Below, in pieces: positions 1 to 8,767 of a DNA stretch of 64,000 nt; the stretch's first letter is position 1; every line of letters begins with the position of its first letter. The stretch is taken from IMG/VR virus record IMGVR_UViG_2597490064_000001, positions 5,421 through 69,420 of that record, one strand, 5' to 3'. Both the position numbers and the translations under genes were made by a program. The notes beneath the pieces are model-generated. The model saw nothing but the letters and a program-made list of their open reading frames with translations. It was not told where the DNA came from and did not search any database. Source of the stretch: a virus. Its lineage: Duplodnaviria; Caudoviricetes.

Positions 1-1
1 C

Positions 2-1321
2 CGCGTGAATAGCAGCGGCAAGAGCGAATGCATGGTCGTCAATACCAGTTTGCTTGCCACCAGTTACTGTCCATTGTCCACCGGCTCTATAGATGACGGT
101 GAGATTTTTAATTTCACTAATTGCCTTTTCGTGGTTGTAAATGTTCACCTGCCCGGCATTAAATAGCTCCCGCATCTTTGAGAATGCTTTCACTTTGGAA
201 TTAATAGTCCAAGTGAGTTCTTCAATGGGAAAGTCACCAGCCAGCGCCTGGATTGTGCCCGCACTGTTGTATTGGTCCATAACAATCTTGTCAAACAAAT
301 AGAGCCTGTGCTGTTCCCTTATCCAATCTTCAACGGCGTTGATATTTACTTCCTTCCTTCCATTGATTTCAAAATCAGCAATAAACGTGTGGAATTTATC
401 AACAACTAGCGTGCCGTTATTGAAATGAACAATGCAGGCGGTGTAGTTGTCTCGGCCAAGGCCGCCGCGAGCGGGGTCAAGCGCTAGTACATACGTTCCC
501 ATAAAGGCCTCCTCAGGAGGCAGTGCTTTGCGTTTGTCATCAATGCAAGCTTCCACTACGTCAGGCGAAATGAGGGCAGAGAGATTGGCAGAGAACTGAG
601 CCCCATATTCCACATTGAACTTATCTGGGTCACGCTGGCGCTCCAGCTCCAGAAATTCACGAGAAATGGTGGGGTTCATCTCCCATGTTGGGAGGTTTAC
701 GGCTTGCAGGTGAGAGAATCGTCCCGAGGCGGCCTCTTTGAAATGCTGGTAGAAGAGGCCGTCTGTTAGCCAAGGGCTGGACAGTTCAAGGATTTTGCCA
801 TCCCGGCCAAACTGCGCCACTGCAGGAGAAAGCGCCTGATAGATGCCGTTGGCACCAGAGTTGGCATCACCGTCGACGGCAAAGGCAAGCTCGTCAAATA
901 CGCAAGCGCAACAGGCAAGACCACGAGCGGCGCGGCCAGAGGTGGGAATTGCTTTGAACACGCAGCCATTACTCATCTCAAGCTGATCTGCTGTTTCGCG
1001 AGCAATCTCTTGAGCGAATGGGCTATCCAGAATTAGCTGGCGGATGTTATTGAGGGCAATGCGACTCTGATCTTGACTGTTGGCCACTGTTAGCACGTAC
1101 CATTTTTCCCCCTTCCGCACCTTGCTTTTGTATTTCTCTTCTAAGACGAAACAAATGTAGACGCACGCAACGGCAGCCATGAGCGTTTTGCCACTACGGC
1201 GGCCAAGCGCCCATGTTGCCTGTGAAAATCCTCCAGTGAAGAAGCTGTCAAGAATTTCAGCTTGCTTGGGGTAGAGTTCTAGTCGAAGAGCGTGCTTGGC
1301 AAAGTCTGAGCAGCTAAGCAT
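2..1321 (-). CDS. terL: Terminase large subunit (3' end runs off the window)
   Basis: Not in the ORF track (no stop in window). Manual translation from ATG at 1321: MLSCSDFAKHALRLELYPKQAEIL...WALGRRSGKT (Walker A)...CVFDELAF (Walker B)...LSSP (motif III)...LALDPARGG...DNYT (RNase H-like nuclease Asp)...GIDDHAFALA. Confidence 0.93.
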   Translation of the reverse strand, partial: MLSCSDFAKHALRLELYPKQAEILDSFFTGGFSQATWALGRRSGKTLMAAVACVYICFVLEEKYKSKVRKGEKWYVLTVANSQDQSRIALNNIRQLILDSPFAQEIARETADQLEMSNGCVFKAIPTSGRAARGLACCACVFDELAFAVDGDANSGANGIYQALSPAVAQFGRDGKILELSSPWLTDGLFYQHFKEAASGRFSHLQAVNLPTWEMNPTISREFLELERQRDPDKFNVEYGAQFSANLSALISPDVVEACIDDKRKALPPEEAFMGTYVLALDPARGGLGRDNYTACIVHFNNGTLVVDKFHTFIADFEINGRKEVNINAVEDWIREQHRLYLFDKIVMDQYNSAGTIQALAGDFPIEELTWTINSKVKAFSKMRELFNAGQVNIYNHEKAISEIKNLTVIYRAGGQWTVTGGKQTGIDDHAFALAAAIHA

Positions 1322-1806
1322 TCTTTTAGTTCCTCCATGGAGCGAAGATTTTCTTTAGGAACGAAATAACAGGGGCGATTGGCCACATATTCTTTCTTCC
1401 ATTGAGCTTGTTTGGCTTCACTGGCTCGTATCCAACCATGGAGCCTAATCTCGCGGTTTTCGACCGTAACGAGAACCAGGGTCTTGTCTTCACGTTCATC
1501 GAGAAGGCAGATTAGATCATAGTAATGGCGAGACCGTGTTTTCACATCAATATCAAAAGGCAAATCAGAACTCCCGCGATTTGCTTCTACTTCCTCAAAC
1601 ACTCCATCTTTAAGGCCAAGATATGAAGCGACTGCCATTTCGCCACCAGCTCCAAGAATATGCATGCGAAGTGCATTTTCGCCGTGCGCTGGGCCGTTAT
1701 TTCGGCCCAGCTTGCCTTGAGCGACGTTGACCGCCTGCCTGCGCTTGCCTTCTGCGATGGCAAGAGCCTTTTCGGAGGGTGACAAAGCCCACGTTATGTA
1801 GCCCAT
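1279..1806 (-). CDS. Putative PD-(D/E)XK-fold nuclease-like protein
   Basis: GAGGEMAVA...SDLPFDIDVKTR pattern (E...D...DVK); overlaps the terL start. Confidence 0.55.
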   Translation of the reverse strand: MGYITWALSPSEKALAIAEGKRRQAVNVAQGKLGRNNGPAHGENALRMHILGAGGEMAVASYLGLKDGVFEEVEANRGSSDLPFDIDVKTRSRHYYDLICLLDEREDKTLVLVTVENREIRLHGWIRASEAKQAQWKKEYVANRPCYFVPKENLRSMEELKECLAAQTLPSTLFD

Positions 1807-1879
1807 GGTGTGCTAGGCGCATCCTGACGTTTCAATGTATTCAGTTTTAGAATGATTGCAACATCAGGATTTCTTATGC

Positions 1880-3760
1880 ATGGCTGACGTTACACAAGGT
1901 GTGGACATGGTACAACTCGGCCATGGGACAGCGGGTGGCATTCGCGCTGATGGCCTGCAAAACGTGTTCACAGGCATGGGCACGACGCGCGATAAGACCA
2001 CACGTACTACTGTCAAGCCTGTCAGCTTTATGGGCCATGAAGACCTTGAGGGTCTTTATGCGCACTGGCTCATGCGCCGCATTGTCGACCTCGTGGCTGA
2101 TGAGAGCACCCGCGAGGGCCTTGAAATTTTGTTTGGCGGGGAGGGCGTGAATGCTGAGACACTTTCTGGCGTTGAGCAGGCCATTGAAGACTTAGAAATT
2201 CTGTCAAGCTTCAACGAGGCAGCTAAGACTTCACGACTGTATGGCGGTAGCGCACTGTTGCTTTACATCGATGATGGCCGTCCGTCTGATATGCCCGTTG
2301 ATCGCAACAACATTCGTGCTGTAGAGGGCATGGAATGCTTGGATCGGCACCAGATTGCGCCGGTTATCAGCGAAGACAGTCTTTACGATTATTCAAAGGC
2401 AACTTACTACCAGATTATTTCGGGCGATCTCATTCAACAGCCCAATCTCCGCGCCATCCATAAGGACAGGATTTTGCGCTTTGACGGCATCTGGCTGCCC
2501 TACCGCACTCGCCAGAAGAACTATGGCTGGGGCATGAGCGTACTGCAGAGCGTATTTGAAAGCTTCAATCACTACTACAGCGGCACTTCCTCCATTGCCA
2601 CCCTCCTTACTGAATTTGACATTTTCGTTCACAAGGTGCGTGGTCTGGCTTCGATGCTTGCTGCAGGCAAGGAAGGACAGGTGCGTGATCGCCTGCAATT
2701 GAACGACATGAGCAAGAGCATCTATCGCGGCTACGCGATTGATGCTGAAAAGGAAGAGCTGGCATTTGTAAGCCGCCATTTTGGCGGAGTGTCTGAAATT
2801 CTGGAAAAGCTGCGGCTTGACATCATTGCCGCATCTGGCATTCCCCATACATTGTTATTTGGCCAGTCGCCGTCAGGACTTGGTGCTACTGGCCGCTCGG
2901 AGGAACGCGACTTTGCCAAGGTTTGCCATCACTACCAGGAGACAAATTTCCGCAAGCCTCTGATGAAGCTGATGGAATACATCATGCTGAGCAAAATGGG
3001 GCCGACTGGCGGGAAAGTGCCCGACAACTGGCGCGTGAGCTTCAAGCCGCTGTTCGAGATGAATGAGCGGGAACTGGCGGACGTGCGGGCGCGTGTTGCT
3101 GCCGTGGATGCCCGCTACATCCAAGTGGGTGTGCTCACACCGCAGGAGGTGGCTGATAGCCGCTTCGGCAAGAGCGAATACAGCATTGAGACCACCATTG
3201 ATCCGTCCATCGTGCGGGAAATGCCCGACAAGGCGGGTAGTGGCGATGGAAAGATGGCAGTGCCCCCTGGTGGCCGCGATCCTCTGGATCAAGCCAACGG
3301 GAGCCTTCCGATGGATGGCACTCGTGAAGCCGCGCCTGACGATCAAACGATGGATGAAGCTGGGCTCTATCTCTCGCGGGATCTAGAGCACCAGCGTGGC
3401 GATGTGGAATTCAAGGACGAGGAACTCCACAAGAAGGCAATTGCTGCAGCGAAGGCCAAGTTCAAGACTTGGCCGAGCGCAGTGGCCGGTGCCTATGTAA
3501 CGCGAAAGTACAAGGAGTTGTATAAGCGCAAGCACGGCAGCATGGAAGGCGCCTTCAAGGGCAAGAAGGAGACTGCCGAATATTTCAAGGAGGATGCCAT
3601 CGAGCCGATGAAGGCTGAAGGGCTCATTCTTGGCGACATCGACGAGGCCTCCCTGATTTCCCAAGCCGATATTGATGCCGCATTGAATCAGTGGAAAGCG
3701 GAGGCGCCGGAGCGCTTCAAGGACATTCTGGAGGCTTCTGATGCTCAGCCCACTGAGTGA
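1880..3760 (+). CDS. Portal protein (DUF1073 family) with C-terminal extension
   Basis: RRIVDLVADESTR, RLYGGS, IHKDRILRF, WGMSVLQ, GIPHTLLFGQSPSGL and F.PL motifs typical of DUF1073 portals; first gene of the head module. Start placed at ATG 1880. Confidence 0.9.
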   Translation: MADVTQGVDMVQLGHGTAGGIRADGLQNVFTGMGTTRDKTTRTTVKPVSFMGHEDLEGLYAHWLMRRIVDLVADESTREGLEILFGGEGVNAETLSGVEQAIEDLEILSSFNEAAKTSRLYGGSALLLYIDDGRPSDMPVDRNNIRAVEGMECLDRHQIAPVISEDSLYDYSKATYYQIISGDLIQQPNLRAIHKDRILRFDGIWLPYRTRQKNYGWGMSVLQSVFESFNHYYSGTSSIATLLTEFDIFVHKVRGLASMLAAGKEGQVRDRLQLNDMSKSIYRGYAIDAEKEELAFVSRHFGGVSEILEKLRLDIIAASGIPHTLLFGQSPSGLGATGRSEERDFAKVCHHYQETNFRKPLMKLMEYIMLSKMGPTGGKVPDNWRVSFKPLFEMNERELADVRARVAAVDARYIQVGVLTPQEVADSRFGKSEYSIETTIDPSIVREMPDKAGSGDGKMAVPPGGRDPLDQANGSLPMDGTREAAPDDQTMDEAGLYLSRDLEHQRGDVEFKDEELHKKAIAAAKAKFKTWPSAVAGAYVTRKYKELYKRKHGSMEGAFKGKKETAEYFKEDAIEPMKAEGLILGDIDEASLISQADIDAALNQWKAEAPERFKDILEASDAQPTE

Positions 3761-4403
3761 TTCGTGGCCTCGGTTTGATGCCGAATGGTCATACGACACT
3801 AACCTGGGGCGCTACAGGCGCCCCTCTGGCCAATTTATGAGCCAGAAGGCTGTGATGGCGCTTGTCGATGGTCGCATCGACAAGCTTGGTCAGCAGCTAC
3901 GCCGTTTCACTCAAATGTTGGCCGATGGCAACATCACGATTGATCAGTGGCAAGGCAGTGTCCGCGAGGCAATTAAGGCTGCTCATATTCAAGCAACGGT
4001 GCTTGGGCATGGTGGCAAGGACGGTATGGGCAGCGCAGAGTATGGCCGCATCGGTCAAAGGCTTCGTGCAGAATACGGTTATCTTCAGAAGTTTGCTGGG
4101 GATATTCTGGCTGGTCGCGTTTCTACTGCCATGGCTCTTGCTCGTGTGCAGCTATATGCTGAGAGCGTGCGAGGTTCTTACTGGGAAGGCACCAGTATTC
4201 GCCAGGAACGACAGGGCTACTCCTTGATGCGTCGCATTCTCGATCCGCAAGCGCAGCATTGCGATGATTGCTTGCGTTACGCGAGGGCTGGATTGGTGTC
4301 GATGGGAAGCCTGCCAATGCCTGGTCAGCGCTGCGCGTGTCGTTCGCGGTGTCGTTGCAGTGTTGAATACAAGCGGAACGCCGTACCGACAGTCCCTGTC
4401 TAA
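3741..4403 (+). CDS. Minor head / head morphogenesis protein (SPP1 gp7 / MuF-like)
   Basis: Follows the portal; HCDDC...C.C.SRCRC C-terminal Cys motif. Confidence 0.7.
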   Translation: MLSPLSDSWPRFDAEWSYDTNLGRYRRPSGQFMSQKAVMALVDGRIDKLGQQLRRFTQMLADGNITIDQWQGSVREAIKAAHIQATVLGHGGKDGMGSAEYGRIGQRLRAEYGYLQKFAGDILAGRVSTAMALARVQLYAESVRGSYWEGTSIRQERQGYSLMRRILDPQAQHCDDCLRYARAGLVSMGSLPMPGQRCACRSRCRCSVEYKRNAVPTVPV

Positions 4404-4441
4404 AAACTAGGCCTAACATTGCGCAAGACATTGCGCTTTGT

Positions 4442-5638
4442 ATGGCCAAGATTCTTTACTGCGGAGACGCTGCAGTTCAAACTGGATTCGGGCGGGTGGC
4501 AGAGAATCTGCTGCCTGAGCTGGCGAAAGAGCATGAAGTGGTGGTGCTCGCCGTCAACTGGTGGGGCGATCCGCATGAGCTGCCCTATCGGATGTATCCA
4601 GCTAATGCAGGCGGGGCCGATCCGTTCGGCTCCCATCGAATGCAGGAGCTTTTGATTAAGGAGAAGCCCGATCTGGTGTTTGCAGTGAATGATATTTGGG
4701 TGCTGAATAAGCTGTGGAAGGTGGCTAAGCCCCTTAAGGAGGGGATTGGCTTCAAGTGGTATGGCTACTTCCCTACTGACAGCTACGGCTTCTTTCCTGA
4801 GGTGTTTGAGGATTGCAAAGAGTGGGATGGCATGGCCACCTACACGCAGTTCGGCCTGGAAGAAGTGCGCAAGGCGGGTTGTGAAATGCCGTGCGATGTG
4901 ATCCCACATGGCATTGATCGTTCCACGTTCTTCCCCGTGAAGCAGGATGAAGCACGCAAAGCGATGGGCGTGCCCGAGGATCTATTTATCGTCTTTAATG
5001 GCAATCGCAATCAGCCACGTAAGCGCATTGATTTGACCATCAAAGCGTTCATTGCATTTGCGCTGGATAAGCCTGATGCTCGTCTGTGGCTCAACATGGG
5101 GCCGAAAGATCAGGGGTGGGATTTGATTCCTCTGTTTAAGCGCATTTCTCGTGACTATGGTTATGACCCTGCGGGCAAGTTGATTCTCACAAGCAAGGAC
5201 TTTGATGTGATGAATTGCCTGCCAATTGACAAGCTTAATCTTGTCTATAACGCTTGCGATGTTGGCGTTAATACTTGCATTGGCGAGGGTTGGGGTCTGG
5301 TGAATTTTGAGCACGCCGCCACGCGCACTGCTCAGATTGTTCCTGACCACACATCGTTGAAGGAGATCTTCAGCGGCATCCCGCGCATTCCCATCGAAAG
5401 CTGGGAAGTGGACTGTAATTATGGCTTGGACCGTGGCATTCCTTCCGTGAATGATTTTGTGGCCATTCTTAATAATTACTACGAGAATCGCGACAATCTT
5501 GACAAGGTGGCGCAATGGTGCTACGACGAGCTTCAGGATGAGAAGTATTCGTGGAGCACGATTGGGGCAAGCGTGGTTGAAATTATTAACAATGTCCTAA
5601 AAGAGCCCACTTCTGGCAAGGGCTTTGGCAATGACTAA
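4442..5638 (+). CDS. Glycosyltransferase, GT-B fold (GT4-like)
   Basis: TGFGRVAE N-terminus; VIPHGID; NRNQPRKRID; YNACDV...GEGWGLVNFE (E-x7-E motif). Confidence 0.9.
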   Translation: MAKILYCGDAAVQTGFGRVAENLLPELAKEHEVVVLAVNWWGDPHELPYRMYPANAGGADPFGSHRMQELLIKEKPDLVFAVNDIWVLNKLWKVAKPLKEGIGFKWYGYFPTDSYGFFPEVFEDCKEWDGMATYTQFGLEEVRKAGCEMPCDVIPHGIDRSTFFPVKQDEARKAMGVPEDLFIVFNGNRNQPRKRIDLTIKAFIAFALDKPDARLWLNMGPKDQGWDLIPLFKRISRDYGYDPAGKLILTSKDFDVMNCLPIDKLNLVYNACDVGVNTCIGEGWGLVNFEHAATRTAQIVPDHTSLKEIFSGIPRIPIESWEVDCNYGLDRGIPSVNDFVAILNNYYENRDNLDKVAQWCYDELQDEKYSWSTIGASVVEIINNVLKEPTSGKGFGND

Positions 5639-6317
5639 GCGTCGCGTGAGCGTGGGGATTCCCACGCTTTCTTGTTATGACAAGCTCATCCGCTTGTGCA
5701 ATCATCTTCTCAATGATGAGCACCCTTGCATAGAGGCAGAGGTGTTGATTCTTGACAATGGTGGGCGAATGAAGGAGAGCGGTGCCGTTGATGCGCTTGC
5801 GGAAAACTGTGATCTTTCCAAATGGAAGATTGCAGTGCCACCGTATAACCTTGGTGTGGCAAAGTCGTGGAACTATCTCATCAATCAGCTCAATCAATGC
5901 ATCATTGCGAATGACGATGTGGTGTTTGGATTGAATGACATCGCGGCCTTTTTAGAGGCCGCTGATGCCAATCCTGGCGGCATTTTGCTGGAGACAAATC
6001 ATCCAGTTGGTGGATTTTCTACGTTCTACGTGAATCGCCCTGAGCGCTGGCTAGGAATGGGAGGCTTTGATGAGCTATTTGCGCCTGCTTATTTTGAAGA
6101 CAATGATTGTCGATGGCGTCTACTGGTGGAAGATAATCCCGCTATCAAAGTAAATCTTCCTTCATGGAAGCATGACAACAGCAGCACATTGCATAGCGGT
6201 GATGATCGTTACAAGCGAATGCATTGGTGCTGCTTTGAACGCAACAAGGCCTACTACCAAACGAAATGGGGAGGCCTCCCTGGTAAGGAACAATTCACTT
6301 CTCCATTTGGCAAATAG
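5631..6317 (+). CDS. Glycosyltransferase, GT-A fold (GT2-like)
   Basis: VSVGIPT, ILDNG, NLGVAKSWN, ANDD, GGFDELFAPAYFEDND. Confidence 0.88.
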   Translation: MTKRRVSVGIPTLSCYDKLIRLCNHLLNDEHPCIEAEVLILDNGGRMKESGAVDALAENCDLSKWKIAVPPYNLGVAKSWNYLINQLNQCIIANDDVVFGLNDIAAFLEAADANPGGILLETNHPVGGFSTFYVNRPERWLGMGGFDELFAPAYFEDNDCRWRLLVEDNPAIKVNLPSWKHDNSSTLHSGDDRYKRMHWCCFERNKAYYQTKWGGLPGKEQFTSPFGK

Positions 6318-6319
6318 TC

Positions 6320-6862
6320 ATGGCGCATTTTGAGCAGCAAGAGTTCGTACAGAGTGTGAAAAACGAATTTCCGTCGTTTTTCCATGGAGGACGAATCATT
6401 GAGATGGGCAGCCTTGATATCAATGGAAGCGTCAGGCGTTTCTTTGAAAAGCCGAAGGAATATGTAGGTGTTGACGTGGGGCCTGGGCGAGGCGTTGACG
6501 TGGTGTGTGAGGGGCAGAATTATGACGGAGCCACTGGCAGCTTTGATGTGGCCATTTCTGCTGAATGCTTTGAGCACAATCCCCATTGGGAAGCCACATT
6601 CGCAAATATGCACCGCCTGGTGAGAGATGAAGGCTTGCTGGTGATGACCTGCGCCACTGTTGGGCGCCCTGAGCATGGCACAACAAGAAGTGACAGGGGC
6701 AGCAGCCCGCTAACAGTGGGCAAGGGCTGGGACTATTACAAGAATTTGATTGAGGAAGATTTCTATAACGCCTTTCCCATTGCTTGCATGTTTTCGGAAC
6801 ATTGTTTTAAGGTGAATACAAGTAGTCACGATTTGTACTTCTGGGGGCTTGTAAGTAAATGA
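6320..6862 (+). CDS. Class I SAM-dependent methyltransferase
   Basis: IIEMGSLDING, YVGVD..PG.GVDVV, FDVAISAECFEH motifs. Confidence 0.85.
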   Translation: MAHFEQQEFVQSVKNEFPSFFHGGRIIEMGSLDINGSVRRFFEKPKEYVGVDVGPGRGVDVVCEGQNYDGATGSFDVAISAECFEHNPHWEATFANMHRLVRDEGLLVMTCATVGRPEHGTTRSDRGSSPLTVGKGWDYYKNLIEEDFYNAFPIACMFSEHCFKVNTSSHDLYFWGLVSK

Positions 6863-6896
6863 CATCGAAGCAGAAGCAAGCGAAGGTGCGCAAGGT

Positions 6897-7412
6897 TTAG
6901 TACGCTTCAACGTGCTGCCATTGACGCCCCTTCTCGATATGCCCAATTGTTGTCCGCGTTACATTGAGCGCTTTTGCCAACATATTTCGGGAGAGATTTG
7001 GATGAGAGCGGAGAATTGCCTTGATTGCGGCTACTTGGTCTTCTGTTAACTTGCTTCTTCCGTTTCTCTCTCCTTTGTGTGTGCCGTGGATCACGGCGTC
7101 TTTGCAGTTCTCCTCTGGAGATCCCCATGCAAGATTTGACGCGCGATTGTCGCGACGGTCCCCGTTTAGATGCCTGACAACTTGGAAATCTTTAGGAGCG
7201 CCGTGAAATGCTTCGCATACAAGGCGATGTACTTGTCGAGTGAGTCCCGTTACCCCCTTTGGATAAAGTCCGACTTTGCCATACGGCCCAGACCAGTTGA
7301 TTTTCAAAAGAATTCGCCTGCCATTTTTATGCTTGCAAACACGACCTTGATCGCTTACCTCGTATAAGCCATCTGTTTCGACAATGGGGCGCCAGTTTTC
7401 TTTGTGATCCAT
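6897..7412 (-). CDS. NUMOD4-HNH homing endonuclease with C-terminal HTH
   Basis: ENWRPI...YEVSDQGRV (NUMOD4); VHRLVCEAFHG...VRHLNGDRRDNRASNL (HNH); KLTEDQV...W.HV tail; inserted antisense in the head module. Confidence 0.9.
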   Translation of the reverse strand: MDHKENWRPIVETDGLYEVSDQGRVCKHKNGRRILLKINWSGPYGKVGLYPKGVTGLTRQVHRLVCEAFHGAPKDFQVVRHLNGDRRDNRASNLAWGSPEENCKDAVIHGTHKGERNGRSKLTEDQVAAIKAILRSHPNLSRNMLAKALNVTRTTIGHIEKGRQWQHVEAY

Positions 7413-7452
7413 CGAACGATTGCTAGAATAAAATAAAGTGTAGCACGTCGCC

Positions 7453-7761
7453 ATGAGTTTAAAGCAAAAGCGTCAAAAAATTGCTCGTGTTTTGCGCGAA
7501 TTCAAAGCGGGCACCTTGAAGGGCAGTGATGGTAAGCCCGTGAAGAGCCGCCAGCAAGCGATTGCCATTGCAATGAGCGAAGCTGGCATGGAGAAGAAGG
7601 ATAAGAGCGACGCTTATTGGGACGCCTACATCGACACGATGTGTGGCTCGATGAGCAAGGAAGGTATGGAAGAGGAGGAGGAGGAAATGGATGCAAACCC
7701 GGCCGAAGCTCGCTGCAAGGGCTATTTGTCGAGCCTGCGTAAGCGCAGAAAAAAGGGCTAA
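7453..7761 (+). CDS. Small head-associated protein (DUF6496-like N-terminus, acidic tract)
   Basis: KIARVLREFKAGTLKGSDGKPVKSRQQAIAIAMSEAG resembles DUF6496; ends in a slippery site. Confidence 0.65.
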   Translation: MSLKQKRQKIARVLREFKAGTLKGSDGKPVKSRQQAIAIAMSEAGMEKKDKSDAYWDAYIDTMCGSMSKEGMEEEEEEMDANPAEARCKGYLSSLRKRRKKG

Positions 7762-7787
7762 GGGGCGACGCTGAAGGCTTCGCCCCT
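7749..7787 (+). promoter_or_regulatory. Predicted -1 programmed ribosomal frameshift signal
   Basis: In-frame A_AAA_AAG (7749-7755), 5-nt spacer, 8-bp stem AGGGGCGA (7761-68)/TCGCCCCT (7780-87); the -1 frame is open into ORF 7797..8105. Confidence 0.75.
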
Positions 7788-7796
7788 CCTGCAAGC

Positions 7797-8105
7797 GTGA
7801 GAAGTGCTGCGCGGCGCGGCCTTGAGCTGCGCCGAAAGCACGGCAAAGGAGGGCTGACTACTAAAGAAGCTGGAAAGCAAGGCATTGGAAGCGGCGTGGC
7901 ACGAGCCACGTCGCTAGCTAACGGGGACAAGGTTAGTGCGGAGACAATTCGTCGCATGGTTGCATTTTTCTCACGACACGAGAAAAATAAAAGCGGTGGG
8001 GAAGATGACGCCGGTTACATTGCATGGCTTCTATGGGGTGGCGATGCTGGTAAGTCTTGGGCAAATCGAACGCTTAGGATGCTGGAAAAGCGTCAACAAA
8101 AATGA
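7797..8105 (+). CDS. Basic head-associated domain (probably the frameshift extension of 7453)
   Basis: AARRGLELR...GVARATSLANG...TIRRMVAFFSRH...IAWLLWGGDAG domain recurrent in phage head modules; GTG start without SD; open frame extends back to the slippery site. Confidence 0.7.
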   Translation: MRSAARRGLELRRKHGKGGLTTKEAGKQGIGSGVARATSLANGDKVSAETIRRMVAFFSRHEKNKSGGEDDAGYIAWLLWGGDAGKSWANRTLRMLEKRQQK

Positions 8106-8416
8106 TGGAAGGCCTCAGAATGGTGCGTGAGGAAGAAGATGGCATCAGTGTGATGCAGGCCTTGCAGATTCTGTCCCGCAATGCCCATCGGAATACATCT
8201 CGCTGGGAACTTGTTGAGAAGCAAGTTTTCAAGAATGGGCGTCTAGAAGAGACGCATGAATATGTGGTGAGTGTTTATGAGCTTCCTGATTCGCAGTTTG
8301 AGCCTGCCAAGTTTTTAGTGTTTGAAGCAGTGGCGATGGCCAAGGCTTACATCATGGATGGCATTGAGGAGCAACTTGCTTCCATTCGTGATGAAAACGA
8401 AGAAGGTGATGACTGA
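8102..8416 (+). CDS. Hypothetical acidic protein
   Basis: ATGA-coupled to the previous ORF; 104 aa. Confidence 0.6.
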   Translation: MMEGLRMVREEEDGISVMQALQILSRNAHRNTSRWELVEKQVFKNGRLEETHEYVVSVYELPDSQFEPAKFLVFEAVAMAKAYIMDGIEEQLASIRDENEEGDD

Positions 8417-8707
8417 TTAGTCCCTCGTCGCATGAACGACGAAGGACGGGTAGCCCATCAACCAGAGCACACTGAGCTGAAACACTCCGCTCATTACTTT
8501 AATTTGAGCCACGTCTGGTGCCAGGATGCCGCTTTCAATGCGAGAGATGGTGGCCTGGTCGCAGAATAGAAGTTCTGCAAGTGCTCGTTGTGAAAGGCCG
8601 CAGCTTTGACGAGCTTCTCGCACTCGACTTCCGATGAGAGCCTTCGCTTCGCTGTAAGAGGAGCGAGGGCTTTTAACTTTACGTCCGTGCAGCTCTTTCC
8701 GTGTCAT
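8417..8707 (-). CDS. XRE/Cro-C1-type HTH transcription regulator
   Basis: IGSRVREARQSCGLSQRALAELLFCDQATISRIESG; start placed at ATG 8707. Confidence 0.85.
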   Translation of the reverse strand: MTRKELHGRKVKSPRSSYSEAKALIGSRVREARQSCGLSQRALAELLFCDQATISRIESGILAPDVAQIKVMSGVFQLSVLWLMGYPSFVVHATRD

Positions 8708-8767
8708 TCTATGCAGAATAGCATAATGTCTACTAGGATAGGTAAATGAAGCCCCTACAGTGTATGT

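Noticed and set aside
1880-3760. Anti-CBASS Acb1 label sometimes attached to DUF1073 proteins
   Set aside because: No paired HxT 2H-phosphodiesterase domain is visible; motifs and position indicate a portal.
8417-8707. Lysogeny module
   Set aside because: No integrase, att-like site or cI/cro pair is seen in this window; lifestyle cannot be decided.
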